Origin: Ostrea edulis
Taxonomy: Eukaryota
Length of the DNA: 64,000 nucleotides
Direction: 5' to 3'
Assembly (NCBI RefSeq): GCF_947568905.1
Contig: NC_079164.1
Span: 16,368,001 to 16,432,000, forward strand
How positions within the stretch are numbered: the first letter of the stretch is position 1; every line of letters begins with the position of its first letter. Of this stretch, positions 52,401 through 64,000 are shown in pieces. The notes below the pieces were generated by a model. It saw nothing but the letters and a program-made list of their open reading frames with translations. It did no database searches and was not told the origin of the DNA. A program made the position numbers and the translations under genes.

Positions 52401-53389
52401 TGATACTGTTATAACGTTTTCAGATGGTGTCCATGTTAATCATATGTATAGGTCTACAGACTTGTTCTGGGTACTTTTTACAATGATGTTCATGTAACGT
52501 TTTCAGCCTTCGGAGTGCTCGGTGATCATTGTATTTCTCGGGTATTCAAAGAACGATAATGACCTTAAAATGTCAATAATTGTAATAGCAATGCTTTCCG
52601 ATTGTTTGATAAACTATATCAATGTAGTAAAGAATTTGGCCTCAGAAAGATTTTTAACTTATAGATAAGGATATTATTAAAGGAGATAGAAAAGATGTTG
52701 GATTCTACCTATTCTAAAGAAAATAAATATCTGAAATATTTTCCTTGATAATTCTAGTTAAGTAGGATTTTGTATCGTGGAGTATGGCACTCAGACTGCA
52801 AACATTAATCATTAAAACGCTTCTCTCAATGTATAATGTTGGACACACAAGTAATTGGTTTGGAATAAATATTTTTCAAGTTTTCCCCTTTCAAATATCG
52901 AAACATCCAATATTCTTAATAGGTGTGAAATTGATAGCACTAACAATAACAAGTGCTTTCCGTCCGTGATTGAGTGGATCCCAACGACTGAAAAGGTGAT
53001 CATGAGAAATTTTTAAAATTTCTATCAGGAACTATCAGGAACACGTCTTAGTTGGATTTTCATGCAGTGAAATTTATATACATCGCTTGGAATTGGAATT
53101 TAGACGTTTTAGTGTTCGTTTGCAAATGCTTCCTTTTGCTAATTGATAAAATTCCCGTTTTGAAAAACGTCGACTTTGAAATTAGCTGATACCTGCTCAC
53201 ACGGAGTTAAGGAAATAAAATAACGCTATATGGTGAGTTTGATAGTGCGTGCGTAACACCGAGACATAACTCGATATCCCCCATGATATATATTAATTTC
53301 TCTCTTCTTTACGGTGCTCTAATTCATTCATTTTAAAAATATTTTTACCTTTGTATACCATCATTGGCGGCGATGAAGGCGTTCGCTTC

Positions 53390-53640
53390 GCCTCCGTGGC
53401 CGAGTGGTTAGAGCATCGCTCTCAAAATCACACTACCTCTCACCTCTGGTCGGCGCGGGTTCGAATTTCGCTCGCGCCGGTAAGTGAGAAAGTTTCCCAG
53501 TTTACTTTCGGAAGGTCGGTGGTCTCTTCCCAGGTACATTGTATCTGGCTTCTCTCTTCCACCAATAAAAACTGGGCGCCACCAGATAACTGAAAAATTA
53601 TTGAGTGTGGCGGAAAAACAGCAAAACAATCAATCAATCG
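53390..53640 (+). mobile_element. tRNA-derived SINE, full length
   Basis: A box TGGCCGAGTGG, B box GGTTCGAAT, body ...ccaccaataaaaactgg...ataactgaaaaattattgagtgtggcg, (CAAT)n tail. Confidence 0.8.
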
Positions 53641-53726
53641 TGTGTGGAAGGTCGTTCTAGGTTCAAGCCCCGATCTTGCTTAACCCAATGACTCAGTATT
53701 TTAAAGAGTCATGGTTCTTTCGAATA

Positions 53727-54390
53727 CCTACCTACCTATCCTCTTCGTGCCCGGTGGCACATAAGGCTGATACCAGATCCTTCCATTTGTTTCTATCCAT
53801 AGCCATCTTTTCTACTTCCTTCCAGGTTTTTCCCATCTTCTTTATATCACTTTCTATAGTCCTTCTCCATGTCTCTCTAGGTCTTCCTCTGCTTCTCTTT
53901 CCTTCTGCTGGAGTCCATTTAAGTGCTGTTTTTGTGATGGATTCGTTTCCTTTTCTGATGACATGGCCAATCCATCTAAACTGTCTTTGTTTAATCATTG
54001 TGATTAGATCTTTCTGCCCTGTTCTTTTATATAGATCTTTGTTTGATATTTTCCTGGGCCAGTAGATCTTGCATATTTTCCTTAGACATTTTGTGTGGAA
54101 TCCGGACAGCCTTTTATTATCTTTTTGCGTTAGTCTCCAACATTCTGCACCATACAGCAAGACTGATAGGACATTGCTCTGGTATAGTCTGATCTTTGTC
54201 TTTTCGCTGATGTTACTAGTCCTCCATATTTTATTAAGTTGGTGAAAGGAAGCTTTTGCCTTCTGTAATCTGCTGGTGATGTCTTTTTCTGTTGCGTTGT
54301 TTTTGCTAATTGTGCTTCCAAGGTATGTAAACTCATTTACTTCTTCCAAGTTCTCATTTTCTAATTTTATTTGTGGTGGTGCAGGAACAA
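53727..54390 (-). mobile_element. RTE-clade LINE, 5'-truncated 3' end
   Basis: Open ~205-aa frame EEVNEFTYLGS...VLLYGAECW...CLRKI..IYWP..ISN.DLY...QFRWIGHVIR...GKRSRGRP..TW...W...V.ALC, ending in a (TAGG)3 tail. Confidence 0.9.
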
Positions 54391-54826
54391 ACTACATGGT
54401 CTTTGTTTTCTTTCGAATGGCACCTTATAAACCGATTCACCTCTCGCTGCAGGTGTTGGCACGCTAAAGAACTTCCACTACTACTGTCGTGATCGCCATG
54501 CATAGGTCTACTAGTAGCGGTAAAATGTGGCACTCCACGTGCAGCTGCTGAGGTCCCAGTGAGAGTTAGAAATTCTTAAAGGGATGTAAACCAATAAACA
54601 AAACTACCAGTGAAAACAAAATCACTAGCTGTACATATGTATTTAAGACTGCTTGATTAGATATTTACATGTATCAATCAAGTGTAAATACCAATACTTG
54701 TCTGTTTAGTTCAAATTAAATTCTAAATCATTAGATTTTGACAAAAATAAAAAGATTAGATATTCCTGCTTCCACTAGATGTTGTTCAGTATTGGAAGCA
54801 CAGGTAGATTTCCGGTGCCCTTTGGG

Positions 54827-54896
54827 ATGCAAGTTTCACAAAGAATTCGTCCACTGGTCTTGTTCACCTCCTTCGTTCTCCTACCGTTAACCTGTG
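54827..54896 (+). CDS. Candidate signal-peptide exon of a small membrane protein
   Basis: Acceptor ttccactag| at 54778 and donor TG|GTAAGT at 54897. Only one frame is open: MQVSQRIRPLVLFTSFVLLPLTC, phase 1. Confidence 0.5.
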
Positions 54897-55392
54897 GTAA
54901 GTGTACTGTATACACCTGTATTTCAACATATCACTGCTCGTTATATTCACATTTTCATATGCATGGCGAGTGTGACCGGTTTATTCCTCCTGTTTGCCCA
55001 ACTCTTAATTTTGTATTCTTTACAGGAATAAAATTTATCACTGTTCGTTATCTTCACTTTTGGCTGTATTGTGCTTACGTATATATTGTCCTTACTTTCA
55101 AAGCGATATCAGCTGTCATTTTGGTGCCGAAATTTCTGTTGCAAATTTGTGATTTACTATTTCAATGACAGAAAAAAATGTTTGTAACTCTTGTTATTAA
55201 TATTTCTAATAAAATACCCATCCAGGGGCTCTGAATAAAAGGAAATTACATTATAGTCTTCTTGTACAAAAATTGATTGAAATTATTATTGTAATGAAAT
55301 CGTGTTTCTGTTTATGCTCACTCAACGATGAAATTTTGAATAACTTTATAATATATATTTCAAGGACATGGAAAAAAACCACATCAGTTCAG

Positions 55393-55492
55393 ACTCTATC
55401 TATGAATGGATACAGTTTTGCACCACCGTGGCAGGAGTGGTAATCCTGATTATTCTGCTCATTGTCAATCTTGTATCAGTCATACAAAGTCG
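55393..55492 (+). CDS. Transmembrane exon of the same gene
   Basis: (D)SIYEWIQFCTTVAGVVILIILLIVNLVSVIQS(R) with donor CG|GTAAGT, phase 2. The acceptor is uncertain: ttcag at 55392 gives phase 1, while tttcaag at 55364 would need a 1-nt indel in the A7 run. Confidence 0.6.
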
Positions 55493-56402
55493 GTAAGTTG
55501 TTTGATTAATATTTAATCAACATTATTTTAAAAGAAAAACCCTAGATACGCACAAATCAGTTTTCAGTGTAGAGTTCATGTAATGTTACTATTTGGAATC
55601 AAAGTTCAGAAATTTTATTCTTTATTGGAATTAATATGACTCTGGTGAACTATGTAGCCCATGGGCTTCTTGTTCCTTTCCGTTGTTGAATGTCATTAGT
55701 ATACTTGATTAAATGTGCACGGTGGTGTAGTGGGATGTTTATAGTATGTAGGAATGTTTGATAACCAGTCCAGTTGGTCCAGATCTTATTATACATTCCT
55801 GACGTCGGGCCTGGTGACGTGGAATCGGTCCCCGTGCCGGTGTTGTAGAGTGAGCCTTCCCCCATAATGAGACTTTCCCCCCGGAAGCCTGGCTCTAGAG
55901 TGAGCCTTCCCCTGGGGGAAGGCTCACTCTAGAGCAGGAGAACCCCGGGGAAGTCTCACCCTAGAGCCAGACTTCCTCGTGGGTAGACCTACTCTATCAC
56001 TAGTTGTAGAGTCAGACTCCCCCCCCCCCCCCCCCCCCCCCCCCCCATAGCAGGACTTCCCCCTCCATTTATTCCTGGTAAACTAATATCACTTTATAGA
56101 GATTGTTTAGATATCAAGACCTTTTTCAGCAGGGCATTAAATGATTTTGCTTAAGTCGTTCATCAAACTCAAGAGAAGAAAACGTTGAATAAAACACATT
56201 GGAATTGATAAGCCATTTTGTTTGACCCATAGACCTTGAACTTTGACCCACACAATACATATGCCTTGGTTAGTTTTAGAAGTTTGGAAAATAAAATGAG
56301 GAAATTTCGAATTTATGTTTCTTCTCATCTGCGTACAAATATCGGTTATGCTTTTAAACTTGTACAACTTCAGGTAGAGAGGTAGGTAAGTTGGTAGGTA
56401 GG

Positions 56403-57850
56403 GTACTTTTGAAATAAGACAATAATAGCTCAAAAAGTTCTTTGTAACAACCACATCTTTTACATCAGTAAAGTATTTGAATGTTTTATTCTGCAAAACT
56501 AAGTCATTCAAGGTCTTAATGCCTCTGTCAACCCAATTTGTATTAAAATTCCATTTTTTAATATCAACTAAATAAAGTTTCTTATATCTAAATTCAAATA
56601 ATCTGTAGCAGAAAGAGAGCTTTCTTTAACTCTTGATAGAGCTTTAAACACATCTTTCCAAAACACATTGTCAATATGATTTACAAATTCATTAAGTTTT
56701 TCTTTGGATAGGTGAAAAATGAAATCCACATTTCTAAGATTTAAAAATACTATGCAACATATGTTGCCATATACCCTCATTATCAGCAATTTTGACCCAT
56801 TTCAGCTTAATATAACATATAAAAGATGCCAAATGTACCATATTTAGTCCCCCTTTATCATAATTACCCACAATTGTATTTCTTTTCAACTTTTCTACCT
56901 TGTATCCCCAAATGAATTTAAAAAATATTTTATTCAACTCTTCCAGGCAATGCTGAAAATAAGTGTATGAGCTTTGGGAGTGCTAAAGTTTTGATAATTG
57001 TGATTTTACCTATTGGAGTTAAATCCCGTTTAGTCCACAAACCTAGCAATTTTTTAATGGCATTGATTTTAGATTGATAATTACATAAAGTCATGTCTTC
57101 CAGATTTTTTGTAAATACTATTCCGAGGAGCTTAAAATTGCTATTTCCCCATTTCATTTTCAGATCATTACACAAAGTTTCCGCCGAACCTGATTTGCTC
57201 CCCAACCAAATTGCTTGTGATTTTGAAATATTTAAACGTAGTCCAGAAATCATTCTAAACATATCAATAACTCTCATAGATTCTCTAAGTGATTTTTCAC
57301 TGCCATCTAACGTTAATAAAGAGTCGTCCGCATATTGGCTTAATTTGTTTTCTTTTGCAGCCACAGTTACGCCCTTAGTATTTCGATTTTCTTTAAGTGC
57401 TTTTGCCAACAATTCTACTGTAATAATAAAGATATATGGTGTCAATGGATCTCCTTGTCTACAGCCTCGTTCAAGACTGAAGAATTTATACAAGTTTCCA
57501 TTGTTAATTATACAACTGGTACTAGAGGTGTATAGAGTAAGAAACCATTTTACAATAGATTCCCCAAAATTGAAGGACCTGAGTGCCTTTACAATAAAAT
57601 CCCATTCCAATGAATCAAATGCTTTTTCAAAATCTAATAATAATAACAATCCTGGCTAATTTTGTTTTTTTTAGATAGTCAATCAAATCATACAAAAAAA
57701 AACGAGCGTTTTCACCAATAAACCGTCCCTTTATAAAACCCTTCTGAGAGTCACTTATGATACTTTTTAGTACTTTCTTTAAAGGATTTGCTATGGCACT
57801 AGAACCAATTTTGTAATCAACATTTAACAAGGGCACCGCTAAGTGGAGCA
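56403..57850 (-). mobile_element. L1/Tx1-clade LINE, RT region (inverted 5' segment)
   Basis: PLLNVDYKI...SQKGFIKGRFIGEN / LDFEKAFDSLEW...GCRQGDPLTPYIF...SQYADDS...SGLRLNISKS...LTPIGKITIIKTLALPKLIH; frameshifted; ends at NFLSYYCLISKVP. Confidence 0.9.
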
Positions 57851-57916
57851 TCCCCTCGCGGCAGGAAATATCATGAACATATGCATGCATTATCAAGGAA
57901 TAAATGAGGAATGGGG

Positions 57917-57975
<59 letters not shown>

Positions 57976-58237
57976 CCCAGATTTTTGTACCGATAACAAA
58001 AATTGAAACTTTTTCAAAAGAACACGACGATGAAACACTGACATTTATAGTTTCACATTTTGAATTCTTTTGTGACATAATAAAACGTTAGTAATCATTA
58101 CACATGTATGCATAATAGACAGCGAATACAAGGGAAGCAACTCTCATACTTTTCAACATTCTGCACTCCGTACTGTGTAAATCGGCCAATTTCTTTGGAA
58201 CCACACACAGCCGGTTTAGACAGATTATACTGTATAA

Positions 58238-58600
58238 CTATTTATTATTGATTAAAATTCAGATACCTCTAACATCATTTGGTGGTGGGGGGGGGGGGGG
58301 GCATAATTAACATGGTGTTTTTAATAAACCTATCCAGGTGCATATCATTTGGAGGGGGGGGGGGGGGTATGTAATTGTGCAGTTTCCCTTATTCTTCCCA
58401 TTCTATATATTCATATATAGGTTTTTGTTAAATATATATAGCTATTTATTATTGAATAAAATTCAGATACCTCTAACATCATTAGGTGGTGGTGGGGGGG
58501 GATAATTAATATGGCATTTTTAATTTTTAATAAACCTATCAAGGTGCATATTATCGGGGGGGGGGGATACATACGTGATTGAGCAGTTTCCCTTATTTCT
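58238..58600. repeat. ~205-bp G-rich tandem duplication
   Basis: aaaattcagatacctctaacatcatt...gggggg...aataaacctatc.aggtgcata...gcagtttcccttatt occurs twice. Confidence 0.8.
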
Positions 58601-59319
58601 AGCAGAAACATATCACGTATGCACTAAATTTCAGTAATTTATTTACCTGAATATACCTCACAGTTGTTGTATGTAGAATGCATGAACTCAGAAAATTCCC
58701 ACGGGAGCAATATTTTTTCGTTATGTAAAAAGACAATATACCGGTGTTGACAGGTCGACGAAGCTTGTGAAATATCTTTATAGCTTTCAAGAATTACGTA
58801 CGCCTCAAGAATTAATTCTGTAAACAGACACCGTACACGTGTGGTAATCTGAATTAATTCTGTATTGTAAACATGTGGGGTAATCTGGTAATGAAACCGC
58901 GACGTTCCTCAAACTATTTTAATTACTCAGTGTCAGAGATAGTGCTTTTAATTCCTACAGACTGTCTTTGCGCACGCCAACGTGCACTAGGCCTAATATG
59001 ACAATGCACAAATACAAACTTACCTGCAGCAGACGTAAGCTGTCTCGTTTTCTTTAAACTGGTTCCCTGTGCAACCGAAGCGACCAGAATCGTAACTTGA
59101 CAGGGTACCAGTTTGAATTAACCGGAAGTGAGTATTGTCAACTCGTACATAAAATTTCACGGTTTTTAGGTAGTAAAGACGCGATATTTTAAGAAATATT
59201 TCACCGATTAACTTGAAAATGAATAGGGTTCGTCTTTTTACAATGCCACATATGTATGCGAAGGCTGAGAATCGTTAGTGCAAAGGTTCTCTTTAAATCT
59301 TGCCCACAAGCTGTAATGG

Positions 59320-59393
59320 ACACACACACACGGACACACGCACAGTAGCGATGTTATATCCCCTCCGCAACTAGTTGCGCGAGGGGATAATAA
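59320..59393 (+). mobile_element. Helitron/HINE-like 3' end (microsatellite plus hairpin)
   Basis: cacacacacggacacacgcac followed by the hairpin tatcccctccgcaactagttgcgcgaggggata. Confidence 0.6.
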
Positions 59394-59459
59394 TGATATT
59401 GGTCCCCAATTTTTTATAGAGCGTCTATCTTTTTCTTCTTTGGGAATGCAAGTTATTAC

Positions 59460-60451
59460 ACCTTGGGATTGAAATTAAAAGACAAATTGTTGATTTTAAA
59501 AACAATGCAAAGTACATCATGGATTGTTGAGTCCAAATCAGTGTATTGTACAGAAAATGAACTCTAGTTCTTATGTTAAATTTTTATATCAAGTTTTGAA
59601 GGAAAAGGAGTTCATAGCCCCACAACTCAAAAGAGAGAAGTGGGAAACTTATCTCAGTGAAACTATTTCAGAAAAATGTTGGGAATTTCATTATATGAAT
59701 GCATAATTATGCACAAAAGAAACAAAATTAATTTATCTTCAATACCGTATTCTTATGTGTTATATAGCTAAACACTCTTTCCTTCGCAAACTTAAACTTG
59801 TAGATAATGACTTGTGTTCATTTTGCAAAAGTGAAAGAGAAACAGTCACTCATATTTTTTATGACTGTGTGTATGTATCTGCCTTCTGGAGAGATTTTGT
59901 GAAATGGTACAATGCATTTGTCAAAGTTTATAAAATCACAAAAAGAAGTGTTACTTGGCAATATTGATGGAAGTTGTTTGGTAAATTTTCTTCTTTTGTT
60001 AGCACAAAAAGCACATTTATTACTCCAGATCACAGGACTCAAAACCCAAATTGTCAGATGCAATTAATTTGTTTAAATACTATAGAAATTTAGAAAAATA
60101 TTGTCAAAATGTATTTCATAGCAAATCCAAAATGCTTGGTAAATGGGCATTGTATGATAATATAATGGACAAGTAGTTTGTTGAAAATCATAATACATTT
60201 ATATGAAAAATAAAATAATTACCTTTATCTTTGAATGTGTATATATGTATGTTTATGTATGTATATATATTTTTGTGTGTGTATGTATATATTATACATG
60301 TATATATCATATATACAATTCACTGTTATTATTGATACAGAAGGTGCACAGAGTAATTGCAAGTGTCAAATGAGCGAGTGTAGATTACAGTTTGAATGTT
60401 TGTATGTATAAATGTGTTGAAAATACAAAAATAAAACATTTTTTTTAAAAA
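59460..60451 (+). mobile_element. L1/Tx1-clade LINE 3' segment (zf-RVT, 3' UTR, poly-A)
   Basis: KWETYL...CTKETKLIYLQYRIL...LCSFCKSERETVTHIFYDCVYVSAFW (CCHC finger); AATAAA at 60430-60435; A-tail to 60451. Confidence 0.85.
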
Positions 60452-60785
60452 GTAGGTAGGTATAGGTAGGTAGGTAGGTAGGTAAGTAATTCCCTGCCCG
60501 ATAAACTAAAATTTATTTCATACAGATGTAGTTTGCATAGGAGGGGATGAAAGCGGGGGTGTCCCTCTAGAGCGAGACTTCAAGAGGGTGTTATGGCTCT
60601 AGAGTGAGTCTTCTCCCTGGGGGTAAGGTTTATTCTATAGCAAGTCTGCTGGGGGGAGGCTCACTCTAGAGCGAGACTACCGAGGGGAAGGCTCACTCTA
60701 GAGCCAGACTTCTGGGGGGAAGGCTCACTCTAGAGCCAGATTTCCGGGGGGAAGTCTCACTATGGGGGGAAGTCTGGCTCTATAA

Positions 60786-62933
60786 CACAGGCACTTGTTT
60801 CTGTAAATGACTTATGACCTCTGTATACTAATAATAACACAAGGTACCTAGCTTCAAATGACACCGATTGGCACCCCCTGAGAATGTCGGCCATTTGAGC
60901 TTCCAGGGAATATGCGATGCAAATGTATTTACTAACGTTCTATTGTATAAGCATTCAACTAAAAAACCATGTATGACATGACTGCATTCATTGCCTCTTA
61001 TTGCCAAAAACTGCAACAAAACATGGGTCTACAGCTCGATTTTCCGTTTCATACCACGAAGTGCTATGTACTCATACCGCGCAGAATAAGTGCGCGATTT
61101 TGACTGGCTAGTACGCTCTTCTAAAATTACGTTTGGAATTCTTTAGAGTTATTTATAGAAAGATGAAGAGTCAGGGATGAATTAAAAATAACAGGCAAAC
61201 GGATGGTTTTAATGGTGACCATTGACCACAATTGATCTTATTTTATATTATTTAGTTACTAACATTAGGGGGGAAATGCTACAAAAAATAAAGGGGGCTG
61301 TATCCCCCCATATTTTTTACACAGACACCTGATATATATGCCCTAGATACAACTACCCCCCCCCCCTTCTGATTTATTTTGCGGTAACTATTTTTCCAAA
61401 ATGTGTGGATTCCTTGTCTGTCTCATCCCAATTTCGATTGATGTAGTCGTTTCACGCTTTTCACAAGCTTTAGAGATTGGCCTTCTACTGGCCGACAGGT
61501 ATAATAAAATATACTTATTATAAACAGTATAAGGCTTACAAAAAGCATGTTCACGATTACATTAATCGAAATTAGGATGGAATAGACGGGGAATCCACAC
61601 ATTTCGGAAAAATAATCGCCGCCCAAAAAAATCAGAAAGGGGGGAGGGGAGTTGTGTCCATACTTCAGATGCCTGTGAATTTTTCCTTATCGGCACAGAT
61701 CCGTAAAATTAGGGATGCATGGGGGGGGGGGGGGGAGAGAGGGCGCCGGAGAAGTTGGACATGGCTTGTTTAAATTTCCTCAAAGGCAATAATAAAAATA
61801 TAATAGTCTGATAAAGATCTTCAGAACCTTAATTAGTGGGGGGGAGGGGGGGGGAGATTTATAATGTCGTCATTGCTGTCTCAATTTTTTCCCCTCACGC
61901 TGGGAGGGGGTCATCCTTTGCTTCAGGGCTTCAATTTATAACTTTCAAGCTTACATGCATTAATATCTTCTCATTCACTACTACGTAGTACTATCAAAAA
62001 TAGTGGAGGGGCCGGGCCAGTCTCGCAATATATCTTCATTTGTATACATGAAAATAACAGTTAGGTAATGTTCTTTGTCAATCAAAAGGGTGGGCCAGTC
62101 CCCTCCGAAAAACATTGGTATGTGCCTGCAGCGTTCTTGGTACTTATGATGGGTTTCATAAGACTTCAATGTAACAACAGGTACTTGTCGCATCAATACA
62201 TACCACAAAGTCAATAACACATGCATACTTCCAAATAATCTTTGATCTATATTTTCACTGACTTTCCATAGATCTGCATGAAACATTCAATTGGCAGAAA
62301 TATTTTTCATATTAGTTTTACAGTTAGTCATAATTTCATTATTATCTTCATCAGAAATGATTCCGACACGAAAATATTTTTAAATCTCCACTCGGGAAGT
62401 CTTAGCTTCTATCTTCTGACGACATGTAAAATCCCGAAACGTACGAACAGCTTTGTTGGGTTTTTTTAATAACTAAAAATAGCGCACAGCGTCTTCAATT
62501 AATTTTTTTAATTTTGTTAACAAAGCAATATTTTCAAGATTTTTTGGTAATAAACACCGTATCAATTTATTGTGATAATAAAACAATGAGACTTTATTTT
62601 TCAACACAACGAAATTCAATATACAATTTTCATTCTGTGCGGTATCAGTACATAGCACTTCGTGGTATAAAACGGAAAATCGAGCTGTAAACCCATGTTT
62701 TGTTGCAGTTTTCGGCGATAAGAGGCAATGAATGCAGTCATGTCATACATGGTTTTTTAGTTGAATGATTGTACAATAAAATGGTAGAAAATACATTTGC
62801 ATCGCATATTCCCTGGAAGCTCAAAAAGCTGACATTCTCAGGGGGTGCCATTCGGTGTCATTTGAAGCTAGGTACCTTGTGTTATTATTAGTATACAGAG
62901 GTCATAAGTCATATACAGAAACAAGTGCCTGTG
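60786..62933. mobile_element. Non-autonomous DNA transposon with ~300-bp TIRs and an 8-bp TSD
   Basis: CTCTATAA|CACAGGCAC...GTGCCTGTG|CTCTATAA (TSD at 60778-60785 and 62934-62941). 60786-~61088 is the reverse complement of ~62633-62933. Confidence 0.9.
61320..61677. mobile_element. Small MITE with CACAG termini nested in the 300-bp-TIR element
   Basis: Inverted arms gatacaact..cccttctgatt..ggtaactatttttccaaaatgtgtggattcc and ggaatccacacatttcggaaaaataatc..aatcagaaaggg..agttgtgtcc. Confidence 0.55.
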
Positions 62934-63259
62934 CTCTATAACACCGGCTCGTTGCGTCATACTATCTTTCCTGTAAATAGGAAAGCATATTCGTAATTAT
63001 GTGATGTGGAGGGTCAAAATACTTTCAAATTTAAAAAAAAAAAAAGTTTTGAATTTAAACCTTAAATAAAAAGCACTGAAGCATACAAAATTTTAAGAAT
63101 ACACATGCCCATGCTGAATATATTTAACAGTATATAATATAACTGAATTAATTACCGTAATATTGCCCCATACCATTACTAAATATAAGCAATCTTGTGA
63201 TTGCATGATGCCTCTTCAGTTGACATGTAATTTCTATGATAGTCTAATTGTATTTACAG

Positions 63260-63521
63260 GAATGCCTATCGCGTTAATCAAACTTATTTCTTGTCCTTTC
63301 AAAATCGTCTAATATTGCCTCGTAAATATGACGATATTGAAAACCCCGACGAAACTAACGTACCCCAGTCCAAACAGCGTCACATGACCGGAAACAACAC
63401 CTTGGAGTACGACGAAATCGAAAGCGTGCCCCTTAGAGGTCAGCCCAAGGACGAGGCTTCAACATTTGACAGAAATGATCTTTATTCGTTACAAAAAGAA
63501 ATAGTTGATGGTGGTCTCTAA
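63260..63521 (+). CDS. Last coding exon: tyrosine-motif cytoplasmic tail
   Basis: Acceptor tgtatttacag|G. The phase-2 join to 55492 is in frame: RNAYRVNQTYF...KYDDI...LEYDEI...LYSLQ...GGL*. Confidence 0.6.
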
Positions 63522-64000
63522 ATTTACAAAATATTTTGTTATGAGAATGGATGGAATCGTTAAGTGAATTTGTCCTTTGACGATATCATAATTACTAATC
63601 ATCTTCATCCTTCGAGTTAAATATCATATCTCTTTCGGTTTCAACGTCAAGTATTCTAAGTCAAAGGGTTTAAATTCAATGACTTTTTTGATTGTGTGGG
63701 TAGACAATTCTTGATGTATTACACTTTTATGGAAGAACGCACTATGATCTATGTCACAGTCCGATTATGGTTTTTCTTTTCTTTACATGTACATGTACAT
63801 ATATATGTAGATCTAGAATTGTATTATCATACCTTGTCACGAAATGCATGGAATGACTTATAAATCAATGGTATTACTGATTTTTATGCCCCCGAGATCG
63901 GAGATGGGGACATATCGTTTTTGTCCTGTCTGTCATAATGTAATTCTGCCTGAAACAACCTTGCTAATAATTTTTGAACAGTAAGTGCTAGAGCTTTCAT

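Larger units (their letters stand above)
55841..62943. mobile_element. Ginger1-like non-autonomous DNA transposon (outer shell of a nested insertion)
   Basis: CCGG|TGTTGTAGAG at left (55837-55840) and CTCTATAACA|CCGG at right (62944-62947). The ~220-bp TIRs (55841-~56060; ~60550-60785) are built of gagtgagccttcccc/ggggaaggctcactctagag units. TGT..ACA termini with a CCGG TSD are Ginger1 hallmarks. Confidence 0.6.

Noticed and set aside
53390-53470. Second tRNA gene
   Set aside because: Has A and B boxes but no closed cloverleaf and continues into a SINE body and tail.

Overview
AT-rich, repeat-dense eukaryotic DNA. The repeat families look like those of bivalve/oyster genomes, which is an inference. 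The main discovery is a tandem cluster of three small, diverged, minus-strand BH3-only-like genes (CDS 1625-1873, 14732-14959, 22514-22756; 82, 75 and 80 aa). Each has a canonical LxxIGDx[I/F/L]D helix and one coding exon followed by a short intron just after the stop codon. They share a promoter made of a TATA box, a CCAAT box, an unknown CAGTAG(T/C)CTAA motif and a kB-like site, at nearly fixed spacing. Other content: a tRNA-Ala(CGC) gene; a minimal type-I hammerhead ribozyme between (TA)n tracts; more than 20 fragments of a Penelope-like (probably Naiad-type) retroelement; a 3.6-kb 28-bp satellite; SINEs; an RTE LINE 3' end; and two ~120-bp hairpins. A candidate three-exon gene encodes a short single-pass membrane protein with a tyrosine-motif tail. 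Its 7.8-kb intron holds nested transposons: a Ginger1-like element, a 5'-inverted L1/Tx1 LINE in (TAGG)n, a Helitron-like end, and a CAC-terminal TIR element with an 8-bp TSD. All alignments and motif calls were made by eye; no database searches were run.
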